This document shows, piece after piece, positions 42,209-51,475 of a DNA stretch of 64,000 nucleotides. Source of the stretch: a virus. The stretch lies in IMG/VR virus record IMGVR_UViG_3300020125_000155, positions 1-64,000 of that record; one strand, given 5' to 3'. The position numbers were made by a program, and so were the translations under genes. Each line of letters begins with the position of its first letter. Position 1 is the first letter of the stretch. The notes below the pieces were generated by a model, which did no database searches, was not told the origin of the DNA, and worked only from the letters and a program-made list of their open reading frames with translations.

Positions 42209-42655
42209 TTACACCTTCACATGCCTAGTCTCTGTTAGATGAATTTTGCCGAGTTTGGCCCTAATCATCTCCACAGGAACATCGGTATCCTTGGCGATAA
42301 CAAGCTCATCAATACCCAAAGAAGCCGTCCAGCGATGAAATTCATCGTAAAAGTTCGCCGCCGCCTCCACTTGATTAGGATTCTGCCGGTCCTCACACCA
42401 GACAAAGCGTTCATGCACAACGCGCTTGGCGTCGAGTGTGCCAACTTGGACGACCTCCGCTAGAGCTACCCCGTGCGGCTGAGAAAGAAAAAGACAATCG
42501 TTCCGGTCGCACATCGCCCGCAGCCAGTTCGCCCAGCCTCTCTCATCCTTATTCGGGTATTTTGCTACCAGACGCTTGAGAATCCAGCCGCACTTATCCG
42601 TAAGATCGGATTGGCTGAAGCGTTGAATTGGTTGACCAACAATAGGTGCAAGCAT
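42209..42655 (-). CDS. Hypothetical protein (148 aa)
   Basis: Clean ORF in the tail module. No family recognised. Confidence 0.55.
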   Translation of the reverse strand: MLAPIVGQPIQRFSQSDLTDKCGWILKRLVAKYPNKDERGWANWLRAMCDRNDCLFLSQPHGVALAEVVQVGTLDAKRVVHERFVWCEDRQNPNQVEAAANFYDEFHRWTASLGIDELVIAKDTDVPVEMIRAKLGKIHLTETRHVKV

Positions 42656-43582
42656 TTAGTACCTCCCATACGGATTCACGACCCGCCCAATCCTCGCATA
42701 TTGCGATTTACGCAGGCACATATTGTCGAACAAATCGAGATAAAACTTACCGGCGTTAAAGTTCTGGATTCCCAGATAGGCGAGATGGGCCGCAAAATAC
42801 GGGACAACATCATCCCATGGCGGCTGAATAATCTCTACGCTCTGGTCATCGGTCAAATCTTGCGGAATGCACTGGCAATCCCACTCCATTTGATAGGTCT
42901 GGGACGGAAGCGGGTACATATAAAACGACCCTGACGCGCCCTGACCGAATTGCGAGCCGAATGTGGGGACGTACTGATACTGAAACGGGTACTGGCGAAT
43001 CATCGCCTGATAGGTCGAGAACGAGTAAACCGGCACTGAGTATCGGTAGTTGGAATAAATTATGGACACCCCGCGCACGGCATAAACCGATTCCACCCCC
43101 GGGAACTCGGACAAGTCCACATCGGCAAAGTTATAGACCTCCTGCCCGCGATTTAGCGTATTGACGAATTTAACGGTGGGCGTAACGGTCGCACCTACCC
43201 CCGTTGGATCGGTGATCGTCATAACGGGGATAAAATAACCAGCACCGCCGTATATATTGTTGATCCCGGTAATAACGCCGTTGAATACCTGCGCCGTCGC
43301 TTGGGCTTGCGCTCCGTTGGGAAGCGGGGGCGCGCCAGAAGGAAAATCCGGAGGCGTAATTACGCAAACCGGGGAGGTATAACCGCTCCCGCCACTGGTT
43401 ACAGTCCATTGGGTAATCTGCCCGCTAACCGTCGTTAACACGCGAACGCACTGGGTACGTTCGGCAATCTCACGGCGAGCGCGATTGATGTATTCGATTA
43501 AATCTTCGGGATTGAATAGCTCTTGCTTCTCATCCCGAAGGAATCTCTGCGTTTGCTGGAGATAGTCGAACAGCGTACTCAT
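42656..43582 (-). CDS. Structural protein with two G-x-G-Y modules (308 aa)
   Basis: SGGSGYTSPVCVI and GGAGYFIPVMTI. ATGA-coupled to the upstream gene. Confidence 0.55.
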   Translation of the reverse strand: MSTLFDYLQQTQRFLRDEKQELFNPEDLIEYINRARREIAERTQCVRVLTTVSGQITQWTVTSGGSGYTSPVCVITPPDFPSGAPPLPNGAQAQATAQVFNGVITGINNIYGGAGYFIPVMTITDPTGVGATVTPTVKFVNTLNRGQEVYNFADVDLSEFPGVESVYAVRGVSIIYSNYRYSVPVYSFSTYQAMIRQYPFQYQYVPTFGSQFGQGASGSFYMYPLPSQTYQMEWDCQCIPQDLTDDQSVEIIQPPWDDVVPYFAAHLAYLGIQNFNAGKFYLDLFDNMCLRKSQYARIGRVVNPYGRY

Positions 43583-44238
43583 TGCCCGCCTCTCGGGCTA
43601 ACCCCGACTTGATTCGGAAGCGTGATATTCGGCTGTTGCGCGTATTGATACTTCAGAACATCAGGATTCGCCGCGCGCCGCGCCCGCTCTACATACATTT
43701 GATAATAGGCTAGGTACTTCTCGGCATCCTGCATTCTTGCGGCGGTTTGGGAGGACAGAAGCGCGTACCACGCTGCACCGAACGGAACAGCGTCAGTCCA
43801 AATATACGGTATGGCTTCCGCATCGCTATCCTGCGTCAACGCTATTGGATAGCAGACGCATTCCAAGCTCAGCGTGTAGATAATGTCGGGGGGCGGATCG
43901 AGCCACAGACTCCCGCCTACGACCGTGCCAGCGCCAGCATTGGTCATCGCCCCCGTACTTGCCGTGCCCTGCCTCTCTTGCGCCCAAAGCTGGGGCGGTC
44001 CCGACACTGGGACAGGATTGTTTAAGCCGTAAAGCTCAAACCATTCCCACGGTCGCGGGCTCAATCTCTTAAACCCGCTACCCACCGCGTATTGCAGGCG
44101 GCGAACGTGAATCACCCCCTGAACGCTGGTATCGCTAATCGTTATAGCGGAGAAATTATACTCACGTTGCCCAACAACGGTTAAAAGAGTGCCTGTGCGA
44201 CGGATGCACTGCCCGTCGCCAGCCAATTGCCCGCGCAT
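43579..44238 (-). CDS. Structural protein (219 aa), adaptor / tubular-A-sized
   Basis: Position between the head and tail genes. No motif-level support. Confidence 0.5.
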   Translation of the reverse strand: MRGQLAGDGQCIRRTGTLLTVVGQREYNFSAITISDTSVQGVIHVRRLQYAVGSGFKRLSPRPWEWFELYGLNNPVPVSGPPQLWAQERQGTASTGAMTNAGAGTVVGGSLWLDPPPDIIYTLSLECVCYPIALTQDSDAEAIPYIWTDAVPFGAAWYALLSSQTAARMQDAEKYLAYYQMYVERARRAANPDVLKYQYAQQPNITLPNQVGVSPRGGQ

Positions 44239-44366
44239 GGTGTTGATGTACGAGGTCAGGTCTGCCGTCGCATACAGCGGCGTGGGCGCGGCAGGGTTTT
44301 GGAGTAAGCGGGCTGTTTGGGTTTGATAATATGCTAAAATGACACGACCCTCCCGGGATAGGTGCC

Positions 44367-44885
44367 ATGAAGTATAGAAACGATCTTGCCCCTGAATATA
44401 TTAGACAACTTTTTGACTACGACAACAAAACTGGAAATCTGATATGGCGCAACGGTGTTAGCAAAAACCGTAAATCCAGAGGCGGCAATAGCAGGGCGGG
44501 GCGAATAGCCGGGGAGGTCCCCTCCAGCAATGGCTACCGCTACGTTAAAATTGGACAATATCGCTACCTCATCCACAGAATAATCTTTGTGCATCAAACT
44601 GGGCGATGGCCCAAGGACCAAATCGACCACGAAACCGGCAACCCGCTCGAAAACAGTAAAATACGCGCGGCAAACCAATCTCAAAATCGCTTCAACCAAA
44701 AGAAACAGAAAAACAATAACTCTGGTTTTAAGGGCGTTTCTTGGGACCGCAATAAATGGCGAGCGCAGATTTCCGCGTATGGCGAACGAAAGGTTCTGGG
44801 TCGATACGGCACGCCAGAAGAGGCTTACGCCGCTTACTGTGAAGCGGCTTCCGAACTTCACGGAGAATTTGCTAATTTTGGATAG
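44367..44885 (+). CDS. HNH-AP2 homing endonuclease, opposite strand to the structural operon
   Basis: GYRYVKIG...LIHRIIFVHQTGRWPKDQIDHETGNPLEN (HNH), then SGFKGVSWDRNKWRAQISAYGERKVLGRYGTPEEAYAAY (AP2 domain). The 184-aa minus-strand ORF over it is an antisense artefact. Confidence 0.8.
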   Translation: MKYRNDLAPEYIRQLFDYDNKTGNLIWRNGVSKNRKSRGGNSRAGRIAGEVPSSNGYRYVKIGQYRYLIHRIIFVHQTGRWPKDQIDHETGNPLENSKIRAANQSQNRFNQKKQKNNNSGFKGVSWDRNKWRAQISAYGERKVLGRYGTPEEAYAAYCEAASELHGEFANFG

Positions 44886-44913
44886 CAAGGCACGGGCCTC
44901 CGTACCCTGTTTA

Positions 44914-45162
44914 TCACACGCGGAGCAAAACTAGATTGCCCGGGGTAGATCGTTCAGCGTCAATTTTATATTGCTTCAAGCCGCCATCGGGGCCCTGACA
45001 GATTATCACGTCCCCGCTAGACATGGCTCCAGCAAGACCGCCCTTAGTAGACAGAGATATATTTCCTACGCTGGTGTCCGGTACGAGTATGGGCTTATAG
45101 CCGATAACGGGATTGTGCGCCCCGACGCCCGTAAGACTCTGGGAGTAGGTCGGTTTAGCCAT
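44914..45162 (-). CDS. Hypothetical structural protein (82 aa)
   Basis: ORF between the capsid-side genes and the HEG. Confidence 0.5.
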   Translation of the reverse strand: MAKPTYSQSLTGVGAHNPVIGYKPILVPDTSVGNISLSTKGGLAGAMSSGDVIICQGPDGGLKQYKIDAERSTPGNLVLLRV

Positions 45163-45172
45163 TACTCAGCCT

Positions 45173-46345
45173 TTACCGAAGCGGCTGGATTTGAATCCAA
45201 TCCGGTGTGCTGCCCATAGTCAGGGCGATGGTGGAGCCCACAATCGAACCCGCTTGGCCTTGGCCCGCCATCGGGCCTGCAAGCTGGATTGCCGTGGGGA
45301 TGCCCATGAACAAGCCGCCATCAATGATAGTGCCGACTTGCGCCGCAGCCGTGCCCGCATTGGTAATCGCATACTGGGCCTGCAACGGACGGGGAATCCA
45401 CGCGGTATGATTGAACTCCGGTGAATTGACGATTGTACCAACCGAGGGAGCGCCGCCGACTGACGTAATAAGACCGGCAACCGTGCCCAAGCCCGTGCCT
45501 GTACCGGACAGAGATACCGCCGTGACGCACTGGCACATGATCGGAACAATAGTGGCGTTTGACCCCGCGCCAGCCACCGTAAGGGTGATATTGGCCGGAT
45601 TGCTGATCGGGGCACCCGAGTTCGTGCAGAGAGCGCCCGTGATCGAGCCGGAACCCGTCGTCAGTACCGTGATGGTCGCCGCCGTGATGCCGGTTGCAAG
45701 GTTCGGGTCGAACGGCGATGGGACTACCACCACCTTCGGAGCGGAGGGATAGCCAGCACCAGGATTGGTCAACGTGAACGCCGATACCGTGCCGGAAGCA
45801 ATAACCGCATAGCCAGCGGCTTGAATGCCGCCAACACCGTTAGAGTTGTTCGCAGCCGGGGGCGGCGGGGGAATAAATACCAGAGGGGCTACGCCATAAC
45901 CGGCACCAGCGGAGGTAATGCTGGCGCTGCCTAGCTGACCGCCGACAATCGGGGCCCACGTCGAACCGCCGCCGCCCGTGACAGAGATGGTCGTGGAACT
46001 CTGTACCCAGCCGCCGCCGTATTGCGTAACAACCGCCCCGACCGGGCAACCCGTCATATTGGCGATTCTGACGTTGAAGCCGTCCGAGGAGACAACTGCC
46101 GTGCCCCTCTCGTAAGCGCCGCCCTGACCGACAACCCAAGTCCCCGTCACCGGGTCTAGGTGCTGGATAATGGCGTAGAAACCAGTCGTTACCAGCCAAT
46201 CGCCGCGCGGTACGAGGATGGATTCGCCCGGAGCCAAAGCTTGCCGATTGGAAGAGGCGTCGTAGGGGGAATTGGCGAGTTCCGATGGATAAAGGTTCTG
46301 CGGGAATTGCAGACCTTGCCCGGGGCCGGAAAGAAAACCAGTCAT
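45173..46345 (-). CDS. Capsid-associated (decoration/fibre) or tail protein with G-x-G-Y modules (390 aa)
   Basis: Immediately downstream of the capsid gene. SAGAGYGVAPLVFI and NPGAGYPSAPKVVVV. Gly/Thr/Ser-rich. Confidence 0.5.
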   Translation of the reverse strand: MTGFLSGPGQGLQFPQNLYPSELANSPYDASSNRQALAPGESILVPRGDWLVTTGFYAIIQHLDPVTGTWVVGQGGAYERGTAVVSSDGFNVRIANMTGCPVGAVVTQYGGGWVQSSTTISVTGGGGSTWAPIVGGQLGSASITSAGAGYGVAPLVFIPPPPPAANNSNGVGGIQAAGYAVIASGTVSAFTLTNPGAGYPSAPKVVVVPSPFDPNLATGITAATITVLTTGSGSITGALCTNSGAPISNPANITLTVAGAGSNATIVPIMCQCVTAVSLSGTGTGLGTVAGLITSVGGAPSVGTIVNSPEFNHTAWIPRPLQAQYAITNAGTAAAQVGTIIDGGLFMGIPTAIQLAGPMAGQGQAGSIVGSTIALTMGSTPDWIQIQPLR

Positions 46346-46370
46346 CTATCTCTCCTTCAGAACTGCGCGT

Positions 46371-47420
46371 TCAGAACTGCGCGCCGCCGATATTGAACCC
46401 AAGGGCGTTGGAGGCCGGTTTGCCCGTTATCACGTCATAACCGACGACCGTAACCCCCTGTTGCCCGATTTGACCGAGAGGAACGAGCGAATAGAAGCCC
46501 GAGAAGTCGAACGCAGCATCCTCCGATAAATACATGGCCGTGTATTTGCAGTTGACCGCAAATACCGAACCCTTTGGACAGAAGTGGTCATTGAAGATTG
46601 GAATACCGTTGACCACAAGATTCGGGAACGAGGAGCGAACTTGCGTGTCCATGTTGTAGGGGTTCCCCACAACCGGATTAAGCTGTTCAATGGCGACGAA
46701 AGAGTTGTTCAACGTCGCATAGTCCCCGGGGGACATGACGACAAAGGTAGGAGCTTCGCCACCCGCCGCGTCAGTCACTTGGGCGGTGAAGGTTGCCATC
46801 GTGGATCGAGTAAACCCGACCGTATTCACGGTGGCCGTTGAATACACGCCCTTACTCAAGTCGATATATTGACCCTTGAACGGCGCGTTGCCTTGGGCAT
46901 TTCGATTGATTCCGCCGTAACTTGGGACGTTTGTGCCGTCATCAAAGGCGTTAGCGAAGCTATCCGGTTGGAGGGGATTCGCGGTGTTATTGGTGTAGAG
47001 CAGAGCCGCCATGTTCTGCCGGGTGCCGGCGAACACGTCATTCATGCGGGCCTTGAGGAGCGAGATTTCCCGTTCCGTAGCCTGGATAATGGTCTCACCG
47101 AACGGCAGGGGGACCGGAACTACCCAGTAGGCGAGATTGAATTGGAGGTTCTGTATCCCGGGTGTCACGACGGGAGAATTGAAGCCGCCGCCGTAGCCCG
47201 TCCATTGCCCCTGCACCATGCTCTGCCCTTGGGCCGGGATGGTGACTTGGTTCAAGCCGCCAGCCGCACGTTGGGCATTGCCAATCATGTAATAGAGCGA
47301 CGGTGAGCCAAAGTAGATTTGGACGAATAGGCGGGGAACGAACGCGCGGCGATTTACTGCGGCGAGTTCGTTGTAAAGGCTACCGGCTGGGGGCGCTACG
47401 CCAATTCCGGGTAATGGCAT
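46371..47420 (-). CDS. Major capsid protein candidate (349 aa)
   Basis: Follows the scaffold-like gene, and its size is typical of HK97-fold capsid proteins. Assignment is by position only. Confidence 0.6.
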   Translation of the reverse strand: MPLPGIGVAPPAGSLYNELAAVNRRAFVPRLFVQIYFGSPSLYYMIGNAQRAAGGLNQVTIPAQGQSMVQGQWTGYGGGFNSPVVTPGIQNLQFNLAYWVVPVPLPFGETIIQATEREISLLKARMNDVFAGTRQNMAALLYTNNTANPLQPDSFANAFDDGTNVPSYGGINRNAQGNAPFKGQYIDLSKGVYSTATVNTVGFTRSTMATFTAQVTDAAGGEAPTFVVMSPGDYATLNNSFVAIEQLNPVVGNPYNMDTQVRSSFPNLVVNGIPIFNDHFCPKGSVFAVNCKYTAMYLSEDAAFDFSGFYSLVPLGQIGQQGVTVVGYDVITGKPASNALGFNIGGAQF

Positions 47421-47467
47421 CGTATTCTCCTTTAGGCCGCAGCCGTGGTCTACAGTTTAAGCAAATT

Positions 47468-48076
47468 TTAGCGCCGCCCGCCTGCGACTTGCTGGCGGAA
47501 TTCATTAAGCGCGTCGCGCGCCATACGATCAGCAACTACGTTGTCTTGACCCTTGGAATCGATGAGCTTTTTGATGCTGTCGTTCGCCTTGTCGTCAGGC
47601 TGCGGGTCAATAAAGTTCCAAGCCCCCGTGCCCCCGGGCATCGCAGGCGGAGGAGTCGGGTGTTCCTTCTCCCAGTAAGCCGCCGCAATCTTGTGGTCAG
47701 TGATCCCGTTCGGGGCCATTAGCTCTTCTTCGATCTTTTTGACGCCCTCTTCGGTAAAGCCGTTTTGCAGCATCCAAGCGCGACCGGCTTCCCATTTGGC
47801 GTTCAACGCCCCCTTCGTCCTTTCCTCTTGCTCTTTCACCCTCTCATCCTCGATCCCTTTTTTGAATTCAGCGAGGTCTTTACGAAGCCCCTCAATCGGC
47901 TCCGTAATCGCCTTCTGCTGGTCTAGGTGCGGGGTAGACACACTCGGGTCCAGTTCCTTCTCCATCGCCTCTAGGGCGGCAGCATTCTTCGGATTGCTGG
48001 CAATGCGACGAAGCCTCTCACGGAGCTTCACGCTACCGTTATAGGCATCTTCATCAACTTCGATCATTCTACCCAT
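47468..48076 (-). CDS. Scaffolding protein candidate (202 aa)
   Basis: Highly charged, helical, Glu/Lys-rich, and directly upstream of the capsid gene. Confidence 0.55.
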   Translation of the reverse strand: MGRMIEVDEDAYNGSVKLRERLRRIASNPKNAAALEAMEKELDPSVSTPHLDQQKAITEPIEGLRKDLAEFKKGIEDERVKEQEERTKGALNAKWEAGRAWMLQNGFTEEGVKKIEEELMAPNGITDHKIAAAYWEKEHPTPPPAMPGGTGAWNFIDPQPDDKANDSIKKLIDSKGQDNVVADRMARDALNEFRQQVAGGRR

Positions 48077-48104
48077 AGTCTACCCCACTGTTCTTACTGG
48101 TCTT

Positions 48105-48293
48105 TTACTTGCTACCCGGGCCGGTACTCGCGTTCGGGACATGCGAAAGCGGCAATTTGTCCGAAACCTGTGTTTTCGGCATGTGACTCGGGCGACCGCC
48201 GATATCCGCTCGACCCAAATCAACCCGAACGATCTGTTCGTCACTCTCGGGAATTGATTTAGCCGAGTTCTGGAAGATGTTGAGATTGCTCAT
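48105..48293 (-). CDS. Hypothetical protein (62 aa)
   Basis: ATGA-coupled to the 56-aa ORF upstream. Confidence 0.45.
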   Translation of the reverse strand: MSNLNIFQNSAKSIPESDEQIVRVDLGRADIGGRPSHMPKTQVSDKLPLSHVPNASTGPGSK

Positions 48294-48460
48294 TTATTTT
48301 CTCCTGCATTCGGTACGCTAACAACCCCATGAGGCCACTGAAGAGGTCGGTCAATGTTCCCCACCTTTTGACGCCGGTTGATATCTTCCGGCACGGCAGT
48401 AACGGGAACTTGCCCGATGAAGTTGATATTGTTGTGTTTTTTGTCCTCAAAGATGCTCAT
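48290..48460 (-). CDS. Hypothetical protein (56 aa), missed by ORF track
   Basis: Hand translation gives MSIFEDKKHNNINFIGQVPVTAVPEDINRRQKVGNIDRPLQWPHGVVSVPNAGENK. It is ATGA-coupled at both ends (48457-48460 and 48290-48293). The track ORF 48259..48450 is in a different frame. Confidence 0.45.
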   Translation of the reverse strand: MSIFEDKKHNNINFIGQVPVTAVPEDINRRQKVGNIDRPLQWPHGVVSVPNAGENK

Positions 48461-48897
48461 GCGGCCATCCCCTGACCACCGGGGGCAGCACCAGCGGCAG
48501 CGCCGCCAACAGGACCACCACCACCACCCTGAGACTGCGCCCTCATAGCCTGCATGGCCTTGTTTTGCTGGGCTTGCTGCATCATGGCGTTTTGCATGGC
48601 GTTTTTCTCTCCAGCCGGTGAGGACGACCCTGCCGGGGAGATTTTGATAAGCTTGCCTAAAGCGTCGTGGATTTTCGCGCCTAGCTCAGAGGCGGCTCCG
48701 ACTGACGACATGGCTTGCTCAAGAAACTTGATTGCGGCGGCGACTTGCTGAAGCGCCTGCGCTTGCGAGCCCCGATTGGAGGTCGGCTGTGTTGCCGATG
48801 ACTGCCCCATCGGGGGTTGCTTCATTTGAGAAGCCTGCCCCGGCTGGGGCTTACCAGCAGAGGCAGGAGTCGGGGGTGTCATAGGCGAAACAGGCAT
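48457..48897 (-). CDS. Low-complexity Gln/Ala/Gly/Pro-rich protein (146 aa from ATG 48897)
   Basis: MPVSPMTPPTPASAGKPQPGQ..., with a helical middle and a GGGGGPVGGAAAGAAPGG tail. The track start at 49053 is less likely. Confidence 0.45.
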   Translation of the reverse strand: MPVSPMTPPTPASAGKPQPGQASQMKQPPMGQSSATQPTSNRGSQAQALQQVAAAIKFLEQAMSSVGAASELGAKIHDALGKLIKISPAGSSSPAGEKNAMQNAMMQQAQQNKAMQAMRAQSQGGGGGPVGGAAAGAAPGGQGMAA

Positions 48898-49159
48898 TGC
48901 GACCTTAAACTTACGGCGAGCCACGCCATTGCGCGTGGACCCGCCGTTACTGGTTACTTGCGACGGTGTTTGCGACCGCGCCGGAAACGAAGCGTGTTCA
49001 TCTTTCACTCCTTCTTGCGGGCGAGTGAGCCTACCCGCGATGAAAAACGGCACTTAAGCCGTGACGTGAGCAGTATCGTCTACCGCGTTGACAAACACCA
49101 CGAAGCAAAAGTAAGTATTACGCGACATTAGGTGATGATTTTCGACGGTTAGCACCAGA

Positions 49160-49360
49160 ATGCCGGAAAATGGGTCTGACGGCTATTTGCTCACGCTCAA
49201 AGAGGCGGCGAGAATCTTAAAGATTCACCCCAACACACTCAGCCGCTTTCTGAAACGAAACAAAAAGAACCCCCCGCCAATTTGTCGCCCAACATCATCC
49301 CGGATACGTTTCCCTAAAGACGATTTTCTAATCTGGGCCCGCAGCAACGGAGTTAAATAA
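49160..49360 (+). CDS. Excisionase-family (HTH_17/AlpA-like) DNA-binding protein
   Basis: YLLTLKEAARILKIHPNTLSRFLK...IRFPKDDFLIWA matches the excisionase-type HTH pattern. It is on the opposite strand, inside the morphogenesis operon. Confidence 0.55.
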   Translation: MPENGSDGYLLTLKEAARILKIHPNTLSRFLKRNKKNPPPICRPTSSRIRFPKDDFLIWARSNGVK

Positions 49361-49734
49361 TGTTCTCTATGACAATCGTGTTTGGTTCCGCGCCTGTTCC
49401 CTGGACGTTGCTGTTTAAGACTAAGGAAGCCTTTGACGCGGCCATGCAGACCTACCGAAACTCCAAGGCAACGAGTTTCGAGGGCGTCAACTTCACCACC
49501 ACCGATGACTTCGGACAGACGATTGACGTGAAACGGGACGCAATCCACGGCGTCATGTTTGAGGACATGGAGCAATCGAAAGTCGCCCATATCGAACGCG
49601 GTCTACACCAGACCAGGACTCAGATTGCGGCAGAGCGCGCTGGGCAGGCAGACCCGGGAATCTCAGCTTACGTTAGGACAAGACAGCAAGGCCCTGCGGT
49701 TATTTCGCCGTTCAACGGCGCTTTCCGCCAGTAA
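49360..49734 (+). CDS. Hypothetical protein (124 aa)
   Basis: Coupled (TAATG) to the HTH gene. Its 3' end overlaps the convergent portal 3' end by 23 nt. Confidence 0.5.
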   Translation: MFSMTIVFGSAPVPWTLLFKTKEAFDAAMQTYRNSKATSFEGVNFTTTDDFGQTIDVKRDAIHGVMFEDMEQSKVAHIERGLHQTRTQIAAERAGQADPGISAYVRTRQQGPAVISPFNGAFRQ

Positions 49735-51475
49735 ATTGCTTCTCCAGAAGCTTGTGCCCCATCTCGGGGTTTGTCTCCATAAGCTTCTGCAACATCTCTT
49801 GCTGGCGCTTTTTCTTTTCTCTCGCGGCGATCTTGGCAATTTCTTTGTTCGGCAACGGCGTGTTGTCGATCACATATTCCTCATCCACGATACCCTTGCC
49901 CTGCGCCGCAAACACTAGCTGCGTGTTTTCATCGGAGAAGATCGGAGACGACGAATGCGAGTCTACGGTTATTCTCCAATCGGGCGGTAAATCAGTCAGA
50001 AGAAAACTTGTCTCGTCTATCTCTTGGATATTATCGCCTTTCGTCCAATAGAATTTCTCGTCCTTCAATTCGCGGATCGAAGCCGTGAGGTCAGCGCACT
50101 CCGCGCAGTTACGTTCCACGATCAATGCGCGGTCCCGCAGCGTAGGAGACGCGGTTTTCATCAAGGTATTGGCGTGCGAGCCCGCGCGTACCCCCTGCTC
50201 GCCCATCCCCTGCATGATCGGGGGGAAGCCCCTTAAGAGGTTAATCTGTTCGTCAATCCACTTAAGAAGCGGCAAGGCTTCCGGAGGAATGTGTGGCGTC
50301 ATGTCCTTAACGTCCGCGCCTTGCCCTAGATTCCCGTAACCGGCAGCGCGAAACTGGGCATAGGACTCATCGGTAATTCCGTTCTCCCCGATGAAAAACA
50401 GAAGCTTATCAACTTGCATCCCGTACATGCGCCTTAGATCGTCGCACCACATGGATAGAAGCGCCTGCGGTTCAATAAGGTCTACAAGTTCAGAACGGCC
50501 CCAGAACCACCCTTCAGTCTCGTTCGGCTGTATCTTCCGGTAGGGTTGCAAATCGGACCCGTCCGCCAATAGATTCTTCTGTTTGAATATGATTTTCCCG
50601 TCCGAATAGGGCGTGACCAGAATATCGGGTTCGATCAATTGGATTGTCGTATAAATCCCCTTCGGTCCCTTGACCCAGAGTTCGTGCATACGGACCTGTT
50701 CCGCAGCGATTACAGGACCCATCAGGGAATAATTCGGATCGTTATTTAGCTGCACGATGCCCCCGGGCATGGGGCTGACCATACTTTGCACACCAGTATT
50801 GATTTGCGAGGTCGATAAGACTTGATGGAAAAACGAGCTAGGCTCCCCGGTCGCCTGACCCTTGCGAGCGTGGGTCATAATCCGCTCGTAAAGCTTCTCC
50901 GCGTTGGGGAGCTTCCAAATTCTCTGCCAAACTTCCGGCCCCGTGAGATTCGACGTTTCACATAGGATTTCCTGCTCGCTGATTTTTAGCTTGTCCTCCC
51001 GGTAAACGCCGAAATTCCACGGCATTACCAAAGAATCGTGATAACTCGGATGTTCTTCGGCGGTATCCTCCGCCTCCATCTGCGGCCATTGCTTCAGAAT
51101 AGCCGCGCCGTATTTTAGCGACTCGTAAACCCCTCTCCCAAATGTGATATCGGTTGAATTCCGCTCCCAAATTCGGGTCACGCCCTTAGCCGCCTCCGCC
51201 CCTCTTTCGTAAATATCCTTTGGGTATGGACGCTCAAAATCCATGGAGAACTTGAGTTCGACGGGAGAAAACAAATGAGCGGCGGTCTCATCCAAAGCCT
51301 TGTGCATCTTGTTAATGAGGGCCTTGCTACCATCGTACCTTCCGGTTTCCGTAATAGCGTTCATGGTCCGGTAATAAGCCGCGCGCATACCGCCAGAGGC
51401 GCGACAAATTTCAATCCAGTCGTTTGCTTGCTGGAGTAGCTTCTTAGGGTCCGTACTGATCCCGCCCGGTATCAT
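49712..51475 (-). CDS. Portal protein candidate (587 aa)
   Basis: Size and position between the terminase-side genes and the scaffold. ATGA-coupled to the upstream gene. Confidence 0.6.
   Translation of the reverse strand: MIPGGISTDPKKLLQQANDWIEICRASGGMRAAYYRTMNAITETGRYDGSKALINKMHKALDETAAHLFSPVELKFSMDFERPYPKDIYERGAEAAKGVTRIWERNSTDITFGRGVYESLKYGAAILKQWPQMEAEDTAEEHPSYHDSLVMPWNFGVYREDKLKISEQEILCETSNLTGPEVWQRIWKLPNAEKLYERIMTHARKGQATGEPSSFFHQVLSTSQINTGVQSMVSPMPGGIVQLNNDPNYSLMGPVIAAEQVRMHELWVKGPKGIYTTIQLIEPDILVTPYSDGKIIFKQKNLLADGSDLQPYRKIQPNETEGWFWGRSELVDLIEPQALLSMWCDDLRRMYGMQVDKLLFFIGENGITDESYAQFRAAGYGNLGQGADVKDMTPHIPPEALPLLKWIDEQINLLRGFPPIMQGMGEQGVRAGSHANTLMKTASPTLRDRALIVERNCAECADLTASIRELKDEKFYWTKGDNIQEIDETSFLLTDLPPDWRITVDSHSSSPIFSDENTQLVFAAQGKGIVDEEYVIDNTPLPNKEIAKIAAREKKKRQQEMLQKLMETNPEMGHKLLEKQFTGGKRR

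Noticed and set aside
44334-44888. 184-aa minus-strand ORF that would keep the structural operon continuous
   Set aside because: It is exactly antisense to a plus-strand ORF with unmistakable HNH and AP2 motifs. Its own sequence has no features.
48259-48450. 63-aa track ORF between the low-complexity gene and the 62-aa gene
   Set aside because: A different frame (48290..48460) is ATGA-coupled at both ends to its neighbours and is the more plausible gene.
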